Shown here: positions 29,316-38,766 of the stretch, one piece after another
Numbering within the stretch: the stretch's first letter is position 1
Layout of the letters: every line of letters starts with the position of its first letter
From: Gammaproteobacteria bacterium
GTDB lineage: Bacteria > Pseudomonadota > Gammaproteobacteria > Steroidobacterales > Steroidobacteraceae
Assembly: GCA_043738945.1 (NCBI GenBank)
Contig: JAYUFB010000080.1
Span: 49,697-113,696 of the forward strand
DNA length: 64,000 bases
Direction: 5' to 3'
Position numbers and translations under genes: made by a program
The notes under the pieces: model-generated
The model's input: only the letters and a program-made list of their open reading frames with translations
Database searches by the model: none
Told to the model about the DNA's origin: nothing

Positions 29316-30379
29316 ACTTGCGACTAAAACCCCCTGCCGCAAAGCCCCTAGAACGTTTGTTTTGGAAGTTCTTTGGGTTAATTGTATTTGTGCAGATGGG
29401 TTCCGATCTGGCGATGCGCTTAATGTTTTCGGCGCGCCATTCAGTTGCCGCGATGCCTCCACACGCTCAGTCGCTAAAGATTATGCTTGAACCCTTTGAG
29501 GCTGACATTTTGGCAAGTCTCATCTGTGCTGCGCTGCTGGCGTGGCTACTCTTCAAACCCATTCGAAGTTTGCGCTCAGCACTATCTGAAGCGGCCGGCG
29601 GCAATCTCGATGTGCGCATAGCAGATCGCATGGGACCGGGAAACGACGAACTGCGAGATCTAGGCGCTGAGTTTGATCATATGTTGGCGCGCCTGCGTTC
29701 TCTCATTGTCGCGCAACGCCGATTACTTAACGATGTGTCTCACGAAATACGCTCACCCATGGCGCGAATTCAAGCCGCAACTGGCTTGGCCAGCCAGCAA
29801 CCCGAGCAGGCCTCAGCATTGATGGAACGTATTGAGCGAGAGTCGGTGCGAATAGACAAGCTTACGGGCGAGCTTTTGGCACTTTCGCGCCTGCAAGCTG
29901 GGGTCGATCACAGCTTGAATGAAGAAATTGATCTGCGTGAATTGCTATCGGTCATTATTGACGATGCGCAATTCGAGGCTCATGCCAAAGGGCGCGTCAT
30001 GCAAGTGGGCGATCAAATCGATGGTGTGGTGAGAGGCAATGTCATTCTGTTACGCCGCGCGGTCGAGAACGTGTTGCGCAACGCCATTAAGTACAGCCCT
30101 CGTAATGGTAGCATCGCAGTTGAAACCAAAACCGATGCCGCAGGCTTGCTGGCCGTCATACTCGTACGTGATTCTGGGAAGGGGGTTCCTGAGAGTGATC
30201 TTGCCAGTATTTTTGACCCATTCTTCCGCAGCTCCACGCACGCACGCAAAGAGGGTAATGGCTTGGGTTTAGCAATCGCCCAGCGGGTTATTGAAAACCA
30301 CGGTGGTGCGATAAGTGCGTCAAACATGCCCGGCAGCGGGTTGTGCGTGAGAATTGAATTGCCGCTGCTACTGGGATAG
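29312..30379 (+). CDS. sensor histidine kinase with a minimal periplasmic loop, HAMP and HisKA-HATPase domains
   Basis: ATGA overlap with the response regulator gene. Two TM segments separated by about 35 aa. H-box SHEIRSPMARI, N-box NAIKYSP, G1 DSGKGVPE and G2 GNGLGLAIA. Confidence 0.9.
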   Translation: MNLRLKPPAAKPLERLFWKFFGLIVFVQMGSDLAMRLMFSARHSVAAMPPHAQSLKIMLEPFEADILASLICAALLAWLLFKPIRSLRSALSEAAGGNLDVRIADRMGPGNDELRDLGAEFDHMLARLRSLIVAQRRLLNDVSHEIRSPMARIQAATGLASQQPEQASALMERIERESVRIDKLTGELLALSRLQAGVDHSLNEEIDLRELLSVIIDDAQFEAHAKGRVMQVGDQIDGVVRGNVILLRRAVENVLRNAIKYSPRNGSIAVETKTDAAGLLAVILVRDSGKGVPESDLASIFDPFFRSSTHARKEGNGLGLAIAQRVIENHGGAISASNMPGSGLCVRIELPLLLG

Positions 30380-30427
30380 ATGAACTTATGCGGACAGCGG
30401 TGCTCGCATGCATCCCTAGGATAAGCC

Positions 30428-31864
30428 ATGATTTACTTTCCCATGTTCTTCAATCTATCAGGCCAAAAAGTGCTGGTGGTGGGCGGCGGCGAAGTCGCTT
30501 TTCGCAAAGTCTCTTTATTAGTGCGCACGGGCGCGCTCATCACAGTCGTTGCGCCTGAAATCCAGGCGGAGTTTCGTCAGATGGCGTGCACCCATAGTGC
30601 CGCGCAAACACCAGTCCCAAAGACGCAACTTAATTTGCAGCTCCGCAAGTTCATTCCCGATGATCTCAACCAGGTAAGGCTGGTCATTGTGGCGACAGCG
30701 GATCGAGATCTTAACCGCTCGATTGCAAAGCTCGCCGAGGACAGGGCTATCCCCGTGAACGTCGTCGATGACCGTGAGGCTTCGCGCTTCATCGTGCCCG
30801 CCATCATTGATCGTGACCCTGTGCTGGTCGCGATTTCTACCGGCGGTGCCTCTCCGGTTTTGGCGCGTCGCTTGCGCGAACGCCTTGAGGCACTTATTCC
30901 TAAGCGTTTCGGTGGACTTGCATTGTGGTTACAAGAACTACGTAAATCGAGCGCAGAGCGTCTACCCAATACCGCGGCACGGCGGCGTTTTTTTGAAAGC
31001 ATTATCGATGGCGCGGCCGCGAGTCGATTCATTGAAGGAGATATCCAGGGCGCACAGCGCATCGCGCAAGAATTGCTGGATGCTACCGAAGCGCCGCTTA
31101 GGGTAACTGCGGTGTCCCCAACCACGACAGGCTCGGTGACACTGGTAGGCGCAGGGCCGGGCGATCCGGAATTACTGACTTTGAAAGCTTTACGTGCGCT
31201 GCAAGACGCCGATGTTATTTTCTATGATCGTTTGGTGCCCGAGGGAATTTTAGATCTCGCCCGCCGGGATGCAAGCCGTGTATGTGTGGGGAAAGCCTCA
31301 GGTGGGCCCAGCACCACCCAAGATTCCATCAACGCCCTGCTGATCCGACATGCTCAAAAAGGCGAGCGCGTCGTGCGACTCAAAGGCGGTGATCCCTTTA
31401 TATTCGGTCGCGGCGGCGAAGAATTAGAAGCGCTCGTGGTGGCTAAAATTAATTTCACCGTCGTCCCCGGTATTACCGCTGCCCTCGGCTGTGCCGCCTA
31501 CGCAGGCATACCACTAACCCATCGCGATCATGCCCAGAGTGTAACCTTCGTCACCGGGCACGCGGACAGAAAGGGCAAGGAACCCGACTGGCGGGCTTTG
31601 GCGATGCCGGGAACCACTGCCGTGTTTTACATGGGACTCGCACGGCTCGAACATATTGTCGAACGACTTCTCGCACACGGCGCGCCACCCTTGCGCGCTG
31701 CAGGACTCATCTCACAAGGGACCACCCACCGACAACGCGTCATTACCGCGACCCTTGCAGATATCGGTGCGGCGGCCGCGCTCGCACAGTTGGAGTCGCC
31801 AGGTCTATTGATAGTCGGTGATGTGGTGGCGTTATACGGGCCTTTAAGCTGGTACACGGGCTAA
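30428..31864 (+). CDS. cysG: siroheme synthase (precorrin-2 dehydrogenase / ferrochelatase / uroporphyrinogen-III C-methyltransferase)
   Basis: N-terminal Rossmann motif VLVVGGGEVAFRK. C-terminal SUMT motifs VTLVGAGPGDPELLTLKA and VVRLKGGDPFIFGRGGEE. Confidence 0.93.
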   Translation: MIYFPMFFNLSGQKVLVVGGGEVAFRKVSLLVRTGALITVVAPEIQAEFRQMACTHSAAQTPVPKTQLNLQLRKFIPDDLNQVRLVIVATADRDLNRSIAKLAEDRAIPVNVVDDREASRFIVPAIIDRDPVLVAISTGGASPVLARRLRERLEALIPKRFGGLALWLQELRKSSAERLPNTAARRRFFESIIDGAAASRFIEGDIQGAQRIAQELLDATEAPLRVTAVSPTTTGSVTLVGAGPGDPELLTLKALRALQDADVIFYDRLVPEGILDLARRDASRVCVGKASGGPSTTQDSINALLIRHAQKGERVVRLKGGDPFIFGRGGEELEALVVAKINFTVVPGITAALGCAAYAGIPLTHRDHAQSVTFVTGHADRKGKEPDWRALAMPGTTAVFYMGLARLEHIVERLLAHGAPPLRAAGLISQGTTHRQRVITATLADIGAAAALAQLESPGLLIVGDVVALYGPLSWYTG

Positions 31865-31928
31865 CGGCATGCCTAAGTGACGTTCCGCATGCTAATGTTG
31901 TCATTTATGCTAGACCCTTGGAAATCTA

Positions 31929-32417
31929 ATGCCAAAAGACCCCTTGCCGGAAAATAAGAACGCCAAGGGCCATGCATTGCGGTTCTACCAACGAGTCCTG
32001 GATTTTATCGTTGCCGTTCTAGTATTTGTCATGATCCTAACGTTGATCGGAGCAGTGTTTGGATTATTTTTAGACTTTGTCGCGGCCGCCAATGCATTTC
32101 GCGGTGACCTGCAGTCGCATAGCTTGACACACGGTGTGGTGGACGAGTTAGACCGGCAACTAGTAATTGATGTTCTATCGGTTTTTGTACTAATTGAGTT
32201 ATTTCGTACCTTCACCGAATATCTGGAATTCCATCGCGTTCGACTACGCATTCTTGCCGAAGTGGGAATTGCGTTTGTTCTGCGCGAGATTTTTATCGGT
32301 TTATATGATCACCACATTCAACCCTTTGAGCTGATTTCATTATCGGTCTTGCTTGCGGTGCTGGTAGCTACGCGAATTGCCGCGGTTTCGTTTCGCGCTC
32401 GGTATTCAGAAAACTAA
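31929..32417 (+). CDS. psiE: PsiE-family (phosphate-starvation-inducible) membrane protein
   Basis: Four-helix membrane protein with the characteristic core LIELFRTFTEYLEFHRVRL. Confidence 0.7.
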   Translation: MPKDPLPENKNAKGHALRFYQRVLDFIVAVLVFVMILTLIGAVFGLFLDFVAAANAFRGDLQSHSLTHGVVDELDRQLVIDVLSVFVLIELFRTFTEYLEFHRVRLRILAEVGIAFVLREIFIGLYDHHIQPFELISLSVLLAVLVATRIAAVSFRARYSEN

Positions 32418-32902
32418 GCAGTTAAGACCCAATCCTTCTACGACCGATTATTTAATCGCTTCCGAACTGCCCAGCACCATCCTCGATTTGAGCTGTGTTA
32501 AAAGAGGTATAAGCGCCGCTTGAGCTACGAGTGACTAGGCTCGGCCACGATGACCAGTTCGTCGGTCATCGGAATGGAATGCAGTTTCAATACTATGTGC
32601 GCCATCCAGCACGGTGAGCGCCGCCGGGAGCAATGCCCGTCCGCGGGTCAAGACGAAACCGCAAAATAAGCCGCCGTCGCGAAATCGCCCTCGCCGACAA
32701 TTTCTGAAACCGGGAAATTGAGATCCGCATAGCCTTGACCTTGGGCTCTCTCAAAAAGAGACCCAAACCATGGTTGTTGATGGCGGTGAGTTTCTCCCGC
32801 ATCCGCTAGAGTCCAACGAGTGGTCGTTCCGCGAAGTGTGCGGGTTGCGGCTTCCATCTTATGTCAGCCTCATATAGGTCACTACATAAGCTCGGGGTAG
32901 CA

Positions 32903-33070
32903 ATGCCGAAAGGTCCAGAAATTCGTCGCTCGGCGGACCGATTATCGAGGGTGCTCACGGGGCGCCCGGCGTTTGGGGTGAACCTGTTTTTGCCCGGATT
33001 GACGCGTCATGAGCGAAGTCTGAGCGGGGTTCAAATCGTGCGCGTTGAGCCGCGCGCCAATCAATTCCGC
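32903..33070 (+). pseudogene. nei: N-terminal remnant of an endonuclease VIII (Nei/Fpg family) gene
   Basis: MPKGPEIRRSADRLSRVLTGRPAFGVNLFLPGLTRHERSLSGVQIVRVEPR.. aligns by eye with the Nei N-terminus (MPEGPEIRRAAD..VETRGK). Homology stops after about 55 aa. No H2TH or zinc-finger part follows, and the frame runs into the opposite-strand gene. Confidence 0.6.
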
Positions 33071-33182
33071 ATACCGATCAATACGCGGATGATGACCGCC
33101 AACATTGGGGTCGCGCCCATGCCCACTGCTGAGGAGCCGGACACAAGGCCCGGCTCCATATCTCAACTTGCAAGCCGATGTG

Positions 33183-33629
33183 TTACTTGAGCATCAACTC
33201 CTGCATCGTCGTGGAACCGAGCACCGTCCTAATCTTGGCGCGCTCGACCTGTGCCTGGTTGGCAGAGGCTACCGAGCCGCTGACTTCCTTGGCGATGGCG
33301 TCTGCTTTGGCCAGGGAACCGTCCAATGCCGCCCAGTTCTTATAGGTTACCACCAGCAACAGGTCCGCATCTTCCGGACCGCGCGGCTGCACCTGGTACA
33401 CGGCGTAGCTCAGGATGTTGCCGGCCTTCTTGCCGATTTCCTGCTGCTGTTTCCACTTGGTGCCGATCCAGTTCATATAGTCGTCAAACTTGCCATCGAT
33501 GGTGCGGATTCTAGCCACATTGACGACTGAGCCCTGCGTGTAAGCGTGATCGCCCGCAAGAACGGTGAAGCTGGCGGATGCCAGACAGGCGAAGGCTGCA
33601 ATGGCGGCAATACGATTCATGATCGACAT
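33183..33629 (-). CDS. secreted hypothetical protein
   Basis: Clear signal peptide MSIMNRIAAIAAFACLASASFTVLAG. 148 aa. No family recognised. Confidence 0.65.
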   Translation of the reverse strand: MSIMNRIAAIAAFACLASASFTVLAGDHAYTQGSVVNVARIRTIDGKFDDYMNWIGTKWKQQQEIGKKAGNILSYAVYQVQPRGPEDADLLLVVTYKNWAALDGSLAKADAIAKEVSGSVASANQAQVERAKIRTVLGSTTMQELMLK

Positions 33630-33820
33630 AAACTTCCCCTTGATGAGTTTTGAGTTGGTGTTTTTCTATGGGCACTCGGGATGCGTCGCGACTGGCGCTC
33701 AGCAACCGCAAGTTTGTAAGCGGAAATATACGCCTGTTGATGTGCAATGTCAGTGGGAAACCGCAACGCTACACCCCATGGCACTTGACAAACCAAGGGT
33801 TGCGCGCCGAATCTTAAGCA

Positions 33821-34930
33821 ATGACCAAGACACTCTGGATCGGCACTCGCAAGGGCGCGTTCGCGCTGCGTCAGGGCCTAAAGAAATCTGCTTGGCGTTT
33901 AGCGGGACCGCAATTTCTGGGACATATTGTTCATCATATCGTCCAAGATCCACGCGAACCTCGACGGCTGGTTGTGGCCGCCAAAACTGGACACCTAGGC
34001 CCTACTGTCTATACGTCTCTCAATCGCGGTCGAAATTGGCAGGAGGCTAAGTCGCCCCCGGCATTTCGTAAGGCGCGTGAAGGCGAAACAGCGCGTGCCG
34101 TAGAACGGGTATTCTGGTTGAGTGCCGGTCACCCGAGTGAGCCTGGAGTTTGGTACGCCGGGACCGCGCCGGCAGGCTTATTCCGTTCAGAAGATCACGG
34201 CGTTCACTGGCAGCCGGTTGCGGGTTTCAATGAACATGCTATGTTTTCTAAGTGGGCCGCTGGATTTCGAACCCCCGACGGAGAATTGTTACATTCGATT
34301 TGCATCGATCCGCGCGATGCCCGTCATATCTATTTGGCGATTTCCATCGGAGGTGTGTTCGAATCAGTGGATAGCGGTGCTGATTGGGCGCCGCTCAATC
34401 AAGGGGTCGCTGCGGAGTTCCTCCCGGATGCAGATGCCGAATACGGTCACGATCCACACTGCCTCATAGTGCATCCACAACAACCGGACCGGCTCTATCA
34501 ACAAAATCACTGCGGCATTTATCGATTGGATCGGCCGGCCCAGCGCTGGATCCGAATTGGTGACAAGATGCCTAAGCGAATCGGCGACATTGGTTTCCCG
34601 ATCGTGGCGCATCCGCGCGATGCTGATTGCGTGTATGTCATACCCATGGATGGTTCAAAGGTGTGGCCGCGTACCGCTGTCGGCGGAAAACCCGCGGTCT
34701 ACCGTTCCTACAATGCCGGACGTAGCTGGCAGAGGCTTGACAAAGGGCTACCCGGGAAACACGCTTGGTTCACGGTATTGCGTCAGGCCATGTGCATCGA
34801 CAATGAAGATTTTGGGCTGTTTTTCGGTACAACTCAGGGCGAAGTCTGGAGCAGCCAAAACGCTGGAGACTCCTGGCGGCGCCTCGCGCAGCACTTACCT
34901 GAAATTTACTCCGTGACACACGCGCTGTAG
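33821..34930 (+). CDS. cytoplasmic BNR/Asp-box repeat beta-propeller protein (sialidase-like / Ycf48-like fold)
   Basis: Five Asp-box motifs (SLNRGRNWQ, SEDHGVHWQ, SVDSGADWA, SYNAGRSWQ, SQNAGDSWR). No signal peptide (MTKTLWIGTRKGAF..). Confidence 0.8.
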   Translation: MTKTLWIGTRKGAFALRQGLKKSAWRLAGPQFLGHIVHHIVQDPREPRRLVVAAKTGHLGPTVYTSLNRGRNWQEAKSPPAFRKAREGETARAVERVFWLSAGHPSEPGVWYAGTAPAGLFRSEDHGVHWQPVAGFNEHAMFSKWAAGFRTPDGELLHSICIDPRDARHIYLAISIGGVFESVDSGADWAPLNQGVAAEFLPDADAEYGHDPHCLIVHPQQPDRLYQQNHCGIYRLDRPAQRWIRIGDKMPKRIGDIGFPIVAHPRDADCVYVIPMDGSKVWPRTAVGGKPAVYRSYNAGRSWQRLDKGLPGKHAWFTVLRQAMCIDNEDFGLFFGTTQGEVWSSQNAGDSWRRLAQHLPEIYSVTHAL

Positions 34931-34932
34931 CA

Positions 34933-35199
34933 GTGGAGCATACCGTTAAAATCGCCAGTCCACTCCGCTCCTATGTCCACGGGGCGACTCAAGTGCGAGC
35001 CCAAGGTGATTCGTTGCAAGAGCTGCTCGCCGATTTAGAGCACGCCTATCCTGGCATGCGCTTTCGCATGATTGACGAACAAGAACGTATCCGACCGCAC
35101 ATTCGGATATTCGTCAATAGCGTCGAGGCTTTGACCCTCGATTTCGCGTTGCTCAAAGAGGATGTGATCCATCTAATTTGCGCATTAAGCGGTGGCTGA
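34933..35199 (+). CDS. MoaD/ThiS-family ubiquitin-like sulfur-carrier protein
   Basis: 88 aa ending in ..ALSGG followed by the stop, the C-terminal Gly-Gly of the beta-grasp carrier. GTG start 2 nt after the BNR gene stop. Confidence 0.8.
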   Translation: MEHTVKIASPLRSYVHGATQVRAQGDSLQELLADLEHAYPGMRFRMIDEQERIRPHIRIFVNSVEALTLDFALLKEDVIHLICALSGG

Positions 35200-35200
35200 A

Positions 35201-36340
35201 ATGCTATCGGCCAGCGAACGGGCTCGCTACAGTCGGCATTTATTGTTACCGGAAATCGGCAACGCGGGACAAGAAAAATTAAAGGCCGCACGAGTATTAA
35301 TTGTCGGAGCTGGAGGCCTAGGTTCACCTGCCGGCCTTTACCTAGCTGCCGCCGGTGTCGGCACTCTGGGGATAGTTGATCATGATCACGTCGAGATTTC
35401 GAATTTGCAACGGCAGATTCTATTTGATACATCATCACTGGGGTTCAGTAAGGCCACCGCAGCGCAAGCGCGCTTGAGCGCGCTAAATCCGGAAATTACG
35501 CTGCAAGCCCATGAAGTTAAATTACAGCCCGACAATGCAGTCGAGTTAATACAACCCTATGATTTGGTCGTGGACGGTAGCGATCGGCTAAGTACGCGCT
35601 ATCTGGTCAACGATGTCAGCGTGATACTGGGTAAATCTTTGGTGTCCGCTGCTATTCATCGATTCGAGGGGCAGGCGATGACCTACAAGCCCGCCCAGGG
35701 TCCCTGTTATCGTTGCCTATTCCCGGAATCGGCCGAAGTTGCGATTCCGAACTGCGCTGAGGCGGGCGTACTCGGAGTACTACCGGGAATTCTCGGCGCT
35801 CTACAAGCCACCGAAGCGCTCAAACTCATACTGGGAATCGGCGAGCCCCTGCTGGGCCGATTGCTAACTTTCGATGCATTAGCAATGCGTTGGCAGGAGT
35901 TTAAATTTTCCCGCCGTACCGATTGCGCCGTCTGTGGAGAGCACCCCTCTATTTGCAACGCGCAAGACAGCGCTGCCGCCGCAATCGATAGCTCGCACAC
36001 TAACATCACTCGACTAGGACCCGAGCAACTCCATAGCTTGATGAGCGAGTCTCGCACCGACCGGGCGGCCCCCCTCATCATTGACGTACGAGAGACCCAG
36101 GAATTTAGCGTCAGTCACATTGATGGCGCAATGAATATCCCTATGCAAGGTTTATCGCAGGGTTTAGTGGATATTCCGCTGACCAAAACTTTGGTGTTTG
36201 TCTGCTACAGTGGTGGACGCAGTCTAGCCGCTGGGAAATTGGCACTCGACATGGGCCGCAGCAAGGTCGCTCATTTAGAGGGAGGCATGATGGCGTGGGC
36301 GCGCGCCCGAAATCCACACATGATTGTCGCAGCACCTTAA
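35201..36340 (+). CDS. E1-like adenylyltransferase with a C-terminal rhodanese domain (MoeB/ThiF, MoeZ type)
   Basis: ERARYSRHLLLPEIG and GxGxxG (IVGAGGLGSPAGLYLAAAGVG). Zinc Cys pairs CYRC and CAVC. Rhodanese active-site loop VCYSGGRS. ATG lies 1 nt after the MoaD-like stop. Confidence 0.9.
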   Translation: MLSASERARYSRHLLLPEIGNAGQEKLKAARVLIVGAGGLGSPAGLYLAAAGVGTLGIVDHDHVEISNLQRQILFDTSSLGFSKATAAQARLSALNPEITLQAHEVKLQPDNAVELIQPYDLVVDGSDRLSTRYLVNDVSVILGKSLVSAAIHRFEGQAMTYKPAQGPCYRCLFPESAEVAIPNCAEAGVLGVLPGILGALQATEALKLILGIGEPLLGRLLTFDALAMRWQEFKFSRRTDCAVCGEHPSICNAQDSAAAAIDSSHTNITRLGPEQLHSLMSESRTDRAAPLIIDVRETQEFSVSHIDGAMNIPMQGLSQGLVDIPLTKTLVFVCYSGGRSLAAGKLALDMGRSKVAHLEGGMMAWARARNPHMIVAAP

Positions 36341-36382
36341 GAGCGCCACTCGCCACGGGGTGGCTAATGGTAAAATAGTGGA

Positions 36383-37495
36383 ATGGAATTATCCCTTCCC
36401 TCACGCGACTATCTCGACACTGAAGTATTCAAGCGCGAAGTTGCCTGTATTTTTTCGCGCGAATGGGTCGCTGTGTGCCGAGCAGAGGAAATTCCGGGCG
36501 CGGGCGACTGGCAGGTGGTCAATTTGGTGGGTGACAGCGTACTTATTGTGCGCGGTAAAGACGACCGGCTACGGGCCTTTTATAACGTCTGTCGTCATCG
36601 AGGCGCGCAGCTGTGCGCGCCTAAGAATGCAGCCCTAAAGCCGGGCCGGGCGGTATTACCCTCATCGGTGCTGGCCAACGGAAATATCCGCTGTCCTTAT
36701 CACGCCTGGACCTATGATGCTGAGGGCGCTCTCATTGGCGCGCCATTCCTTACCGATGACCCAGGGTTTAGGCGCGAAGATTTTTCCCTCTACCCCTTGA
36801 GATGTGAGATTTGGGGTGGTTTTGTATTCATACATGGCTCGCCCAAAGAAGCGAAGTCGCTCGCCAGCCAAATGACACAGGTGTTGGCGCGCATTGCCAA
36901 CTACCCATTGAAGGATATGCGTATCGGTCATCGCATGCGCTACGAGGTGGATGCTAATTGGAAAATTCTCTGCGAAAACTATAACGAGTGTTATCACTGC
37001 GGCCCGGTGCATCCAGAACTATGCCGTTTGGTGCCCGCCTTTCGCATGAAGGGCGGTGCCGACCTTGACTGGCAAGACGGGATTCCGCATCGCGAGGGAG
37101 CCTATACTTTCACCTGGAGCGGCACCACTCAACGTGCGCCATTCAAAGGCCTGAGCGAGGCGGAAAAAACCAAACACAAGGGTGAGCTGGTGTATCCGAA
37201 TTTATGGTTGAGCATGGCCTGCGACCACGTGACCGCTTACATCCTGCATCCTATTTCCGCCCATCGTACCGAAGTGGAATGTCTATTCTTGTTTGCCCAA
37301 GAAGAAATAGCGAAGTCCGATTTTGATCACACCGATGCCAGTACTTTTTGGGAGGTGACCAATCAACAAGATTGGGCCATTTGCGAGCGCGTTCAACAAG
37401 GCATTGCCTCCAGCCAGCATAAACAAGGGTACTACGCACCCATGGAAGATATGAATCTGGATATGCGGCGTTATATTCGCGAACGCATGAAGTGA
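36383..37495 (+). CDS. Rieske non-heme iron oxygenase, alpha subunit (GbcA/Stc2/choline-monooxygenase-like)
   Basis: Rieske ligands CRH..CPYH and a mononuclear iron region NYNECYHCGPVHPEL. GTGA overlap with the soxB-like gene. Confidence 0.88.
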   Translation: MELSLPSRDYLDTEVFKREVACIFSREWVAVCRAEEIPGAGDWQVVNLVGDSVLIVRGKDDRLRAFYNVCRHRGAQLCAPKNAALKPGRAVLPSSVLANGNIRCPYHAWTYDAEGALIGAPFLTDDPGFRREDFSLYPLRCEIWGGFVFIHGSPKEAKSLASQMTQVLARIANYPLKDMRIGHRMRYEVDANWKILCENYNECYHCGPVHPELCRLVPAFRMKGGADLDWQDGIPHREGAYTFTWSGTTQRAPFKGLSEAEKTKHKGELVYPNLWLSMACDHVTAYILHPISAHRTEVECLFLFAQEEIAKSDFDHTDASTFWEVTNQQDWAICERVQQGIASSQHKQGYYAPMEDMNLDMRRYIRERMK

Positions 37496-38766
37496 GGAGA
37501 TCCTCGCCTCATTATTCCGCGTGGTCACTAATTCGCGCGCGCATGAAGGGCGGCTATTGGCAACCTCTTTGGACCGGTCACAAACTGCAAGCAGCTTATG
37601 ACGTCGTCATCGTAGGAGCCGGTGGCCACGGTTTGGCGACCGCTTTTCACCTGGCACGCGATCACGGCATTAAGCGCATCGCTATTCTTGAGAAGCGCTT
37701 AGTGGGCTATGGCAACGTCGGGCGTAATACCACCATCGTGCGCTCTAATTATTTGTTACCTGAGAATCATTATTTTTACGAAGACTCGCTACGTCGCTGG
37801 GAAACGCTGTCGCACGATTTGAACTACAACGTGATGTACAGTCCGCGCGGCGTGGTTGATCTAGCACTCTCGGATGACGAAATGTCGGGTGCCGCACGTC
37901 GCGGCAACGCCATGCGCCTTGCCGGTATCGATGCCGAACTTCTCGATCGCGCAGCGTTAAAGCGCTTCTGTCCAGAGTTGGACACCGAGCGCGAGAGGCG
38001 ATTCCCTATTGTCGGTGCGTTGCTACAACGACGCGGCGGCACTGTACGCCATGATGCGGTGGCCTGGGGTTATGCACGCGCCGCGAGCGCACTCGGGGTC
38101 GATATTATCGAGGACTGCGAGGTCACCGGTGTACAGGCTGCGGCCGGGATAGCGAGCGGTGTCGACACCAGTCGCGGCTATGTTAAGGCCGAGCGCATCG
38201 TGTTTGCGACCGCCGGTCACACCGCCATGATCGGTACGATGCTCGGCGTACCCATGCCGATCGAGACGCATCTATTACAGGCTATGGTCACTGAGCCGAT
38301 TAAACCGTTGCTCAACACCGTGCTGGTGTATATGTATCCCGGTCACGGCGAAACTTATATCTGCCAATCCGATCGTGGCGGGTTAGTGATGGGCGGAATG
38401 CTCGATGGCTTTCCTTCCTACACCCGTGAAGGCCGATGGGATCGCATGGAAGACGTGGTGGAAGGCGCGGTCGAGTTACTCCCGCAAATCGCCGGCTGCA
38501 AAATTCTGCGCCATTGGGCGGGTACTAATGACATGACCATGGATGGTAGTCCCATCATGGATCGACTTCGCCATGACAATGTATTCGTCAATGCGGGTTG
38601 GTGCTACGGAGGATTCAAGGCCATCCCCGCCTCGGGTGCCGCGTTCGCCACGCTCGTCGCAACCGGTAGCGCACCGGATCTCATAAAAGCCTATCGCATG
38701 TCACGCTTTGCAACCGGCCACCTGCTCGACGAGCGTGGCGGCGGTCCTTTCCCGGTGCGCCTATGA
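37492..38766 (+). CDS. soxB: heterotetrameric sarcosine oxidase family, beta subunit (FAD)
   Basis: SoxB-type N-terminus (YSAWSLIR..W..LW) followed by YDVVIVGAGGHGLATAFHLA. The physiological substrate may not be sarcosine. Confidence 0.88.
   Translation: MRRSSPHYSAWSLIRARMKGGYWQPLWTGHKLQAAYDVVIVGAGGHGLATAFHLARDHGIKRIAILEKRLVGYGNVGRNTTIVRSNYLLPENHYFYEDSLRRWETLSHDLNYNVMYSPRGVVDLALSDDEMSGAARRGNAMRLAGIDAELLDRAALKRFCPELDTERERRFPIVGALLQRRGGTVRHDAVAWGYARAASALGVDIIEDCEVTGVQAAAGIASGVDTSRGYVKAERIVFATAGHTAMIGTMLGVPMPIETHLLQAMVTEPIKPLLNTVLVYMYPGHGETYICQSDRGGLVMGGMLDGFPSYTREGRWDRMEDVVEGAVELLPQIAGCKILRHWAGTNDMTMDGSPIMDRLRHDNVFVNAGWCYGGFKAIPASGAAFATLVATGSAPDLIKAYRMSRFATGHLLDERGGGPFPVRL

Noticed and set aside
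30577-31125. A 182-aa minus-strand ORF inside cysG.
   Set aside because: It is antisense to a gene with unambiguous siroheme synthase motifs, and its sequence is low-complexity.
32548-32571. The perfect hairpin CGATGACC-N8-GGTCATCG, considered as a psiE terminator.
   Set aside because: It has no downstream U-tract, lies about 130 nt past the psiE stop, and sits inside a decayed minus-strand ORF. It is probably coincidental or a relic.
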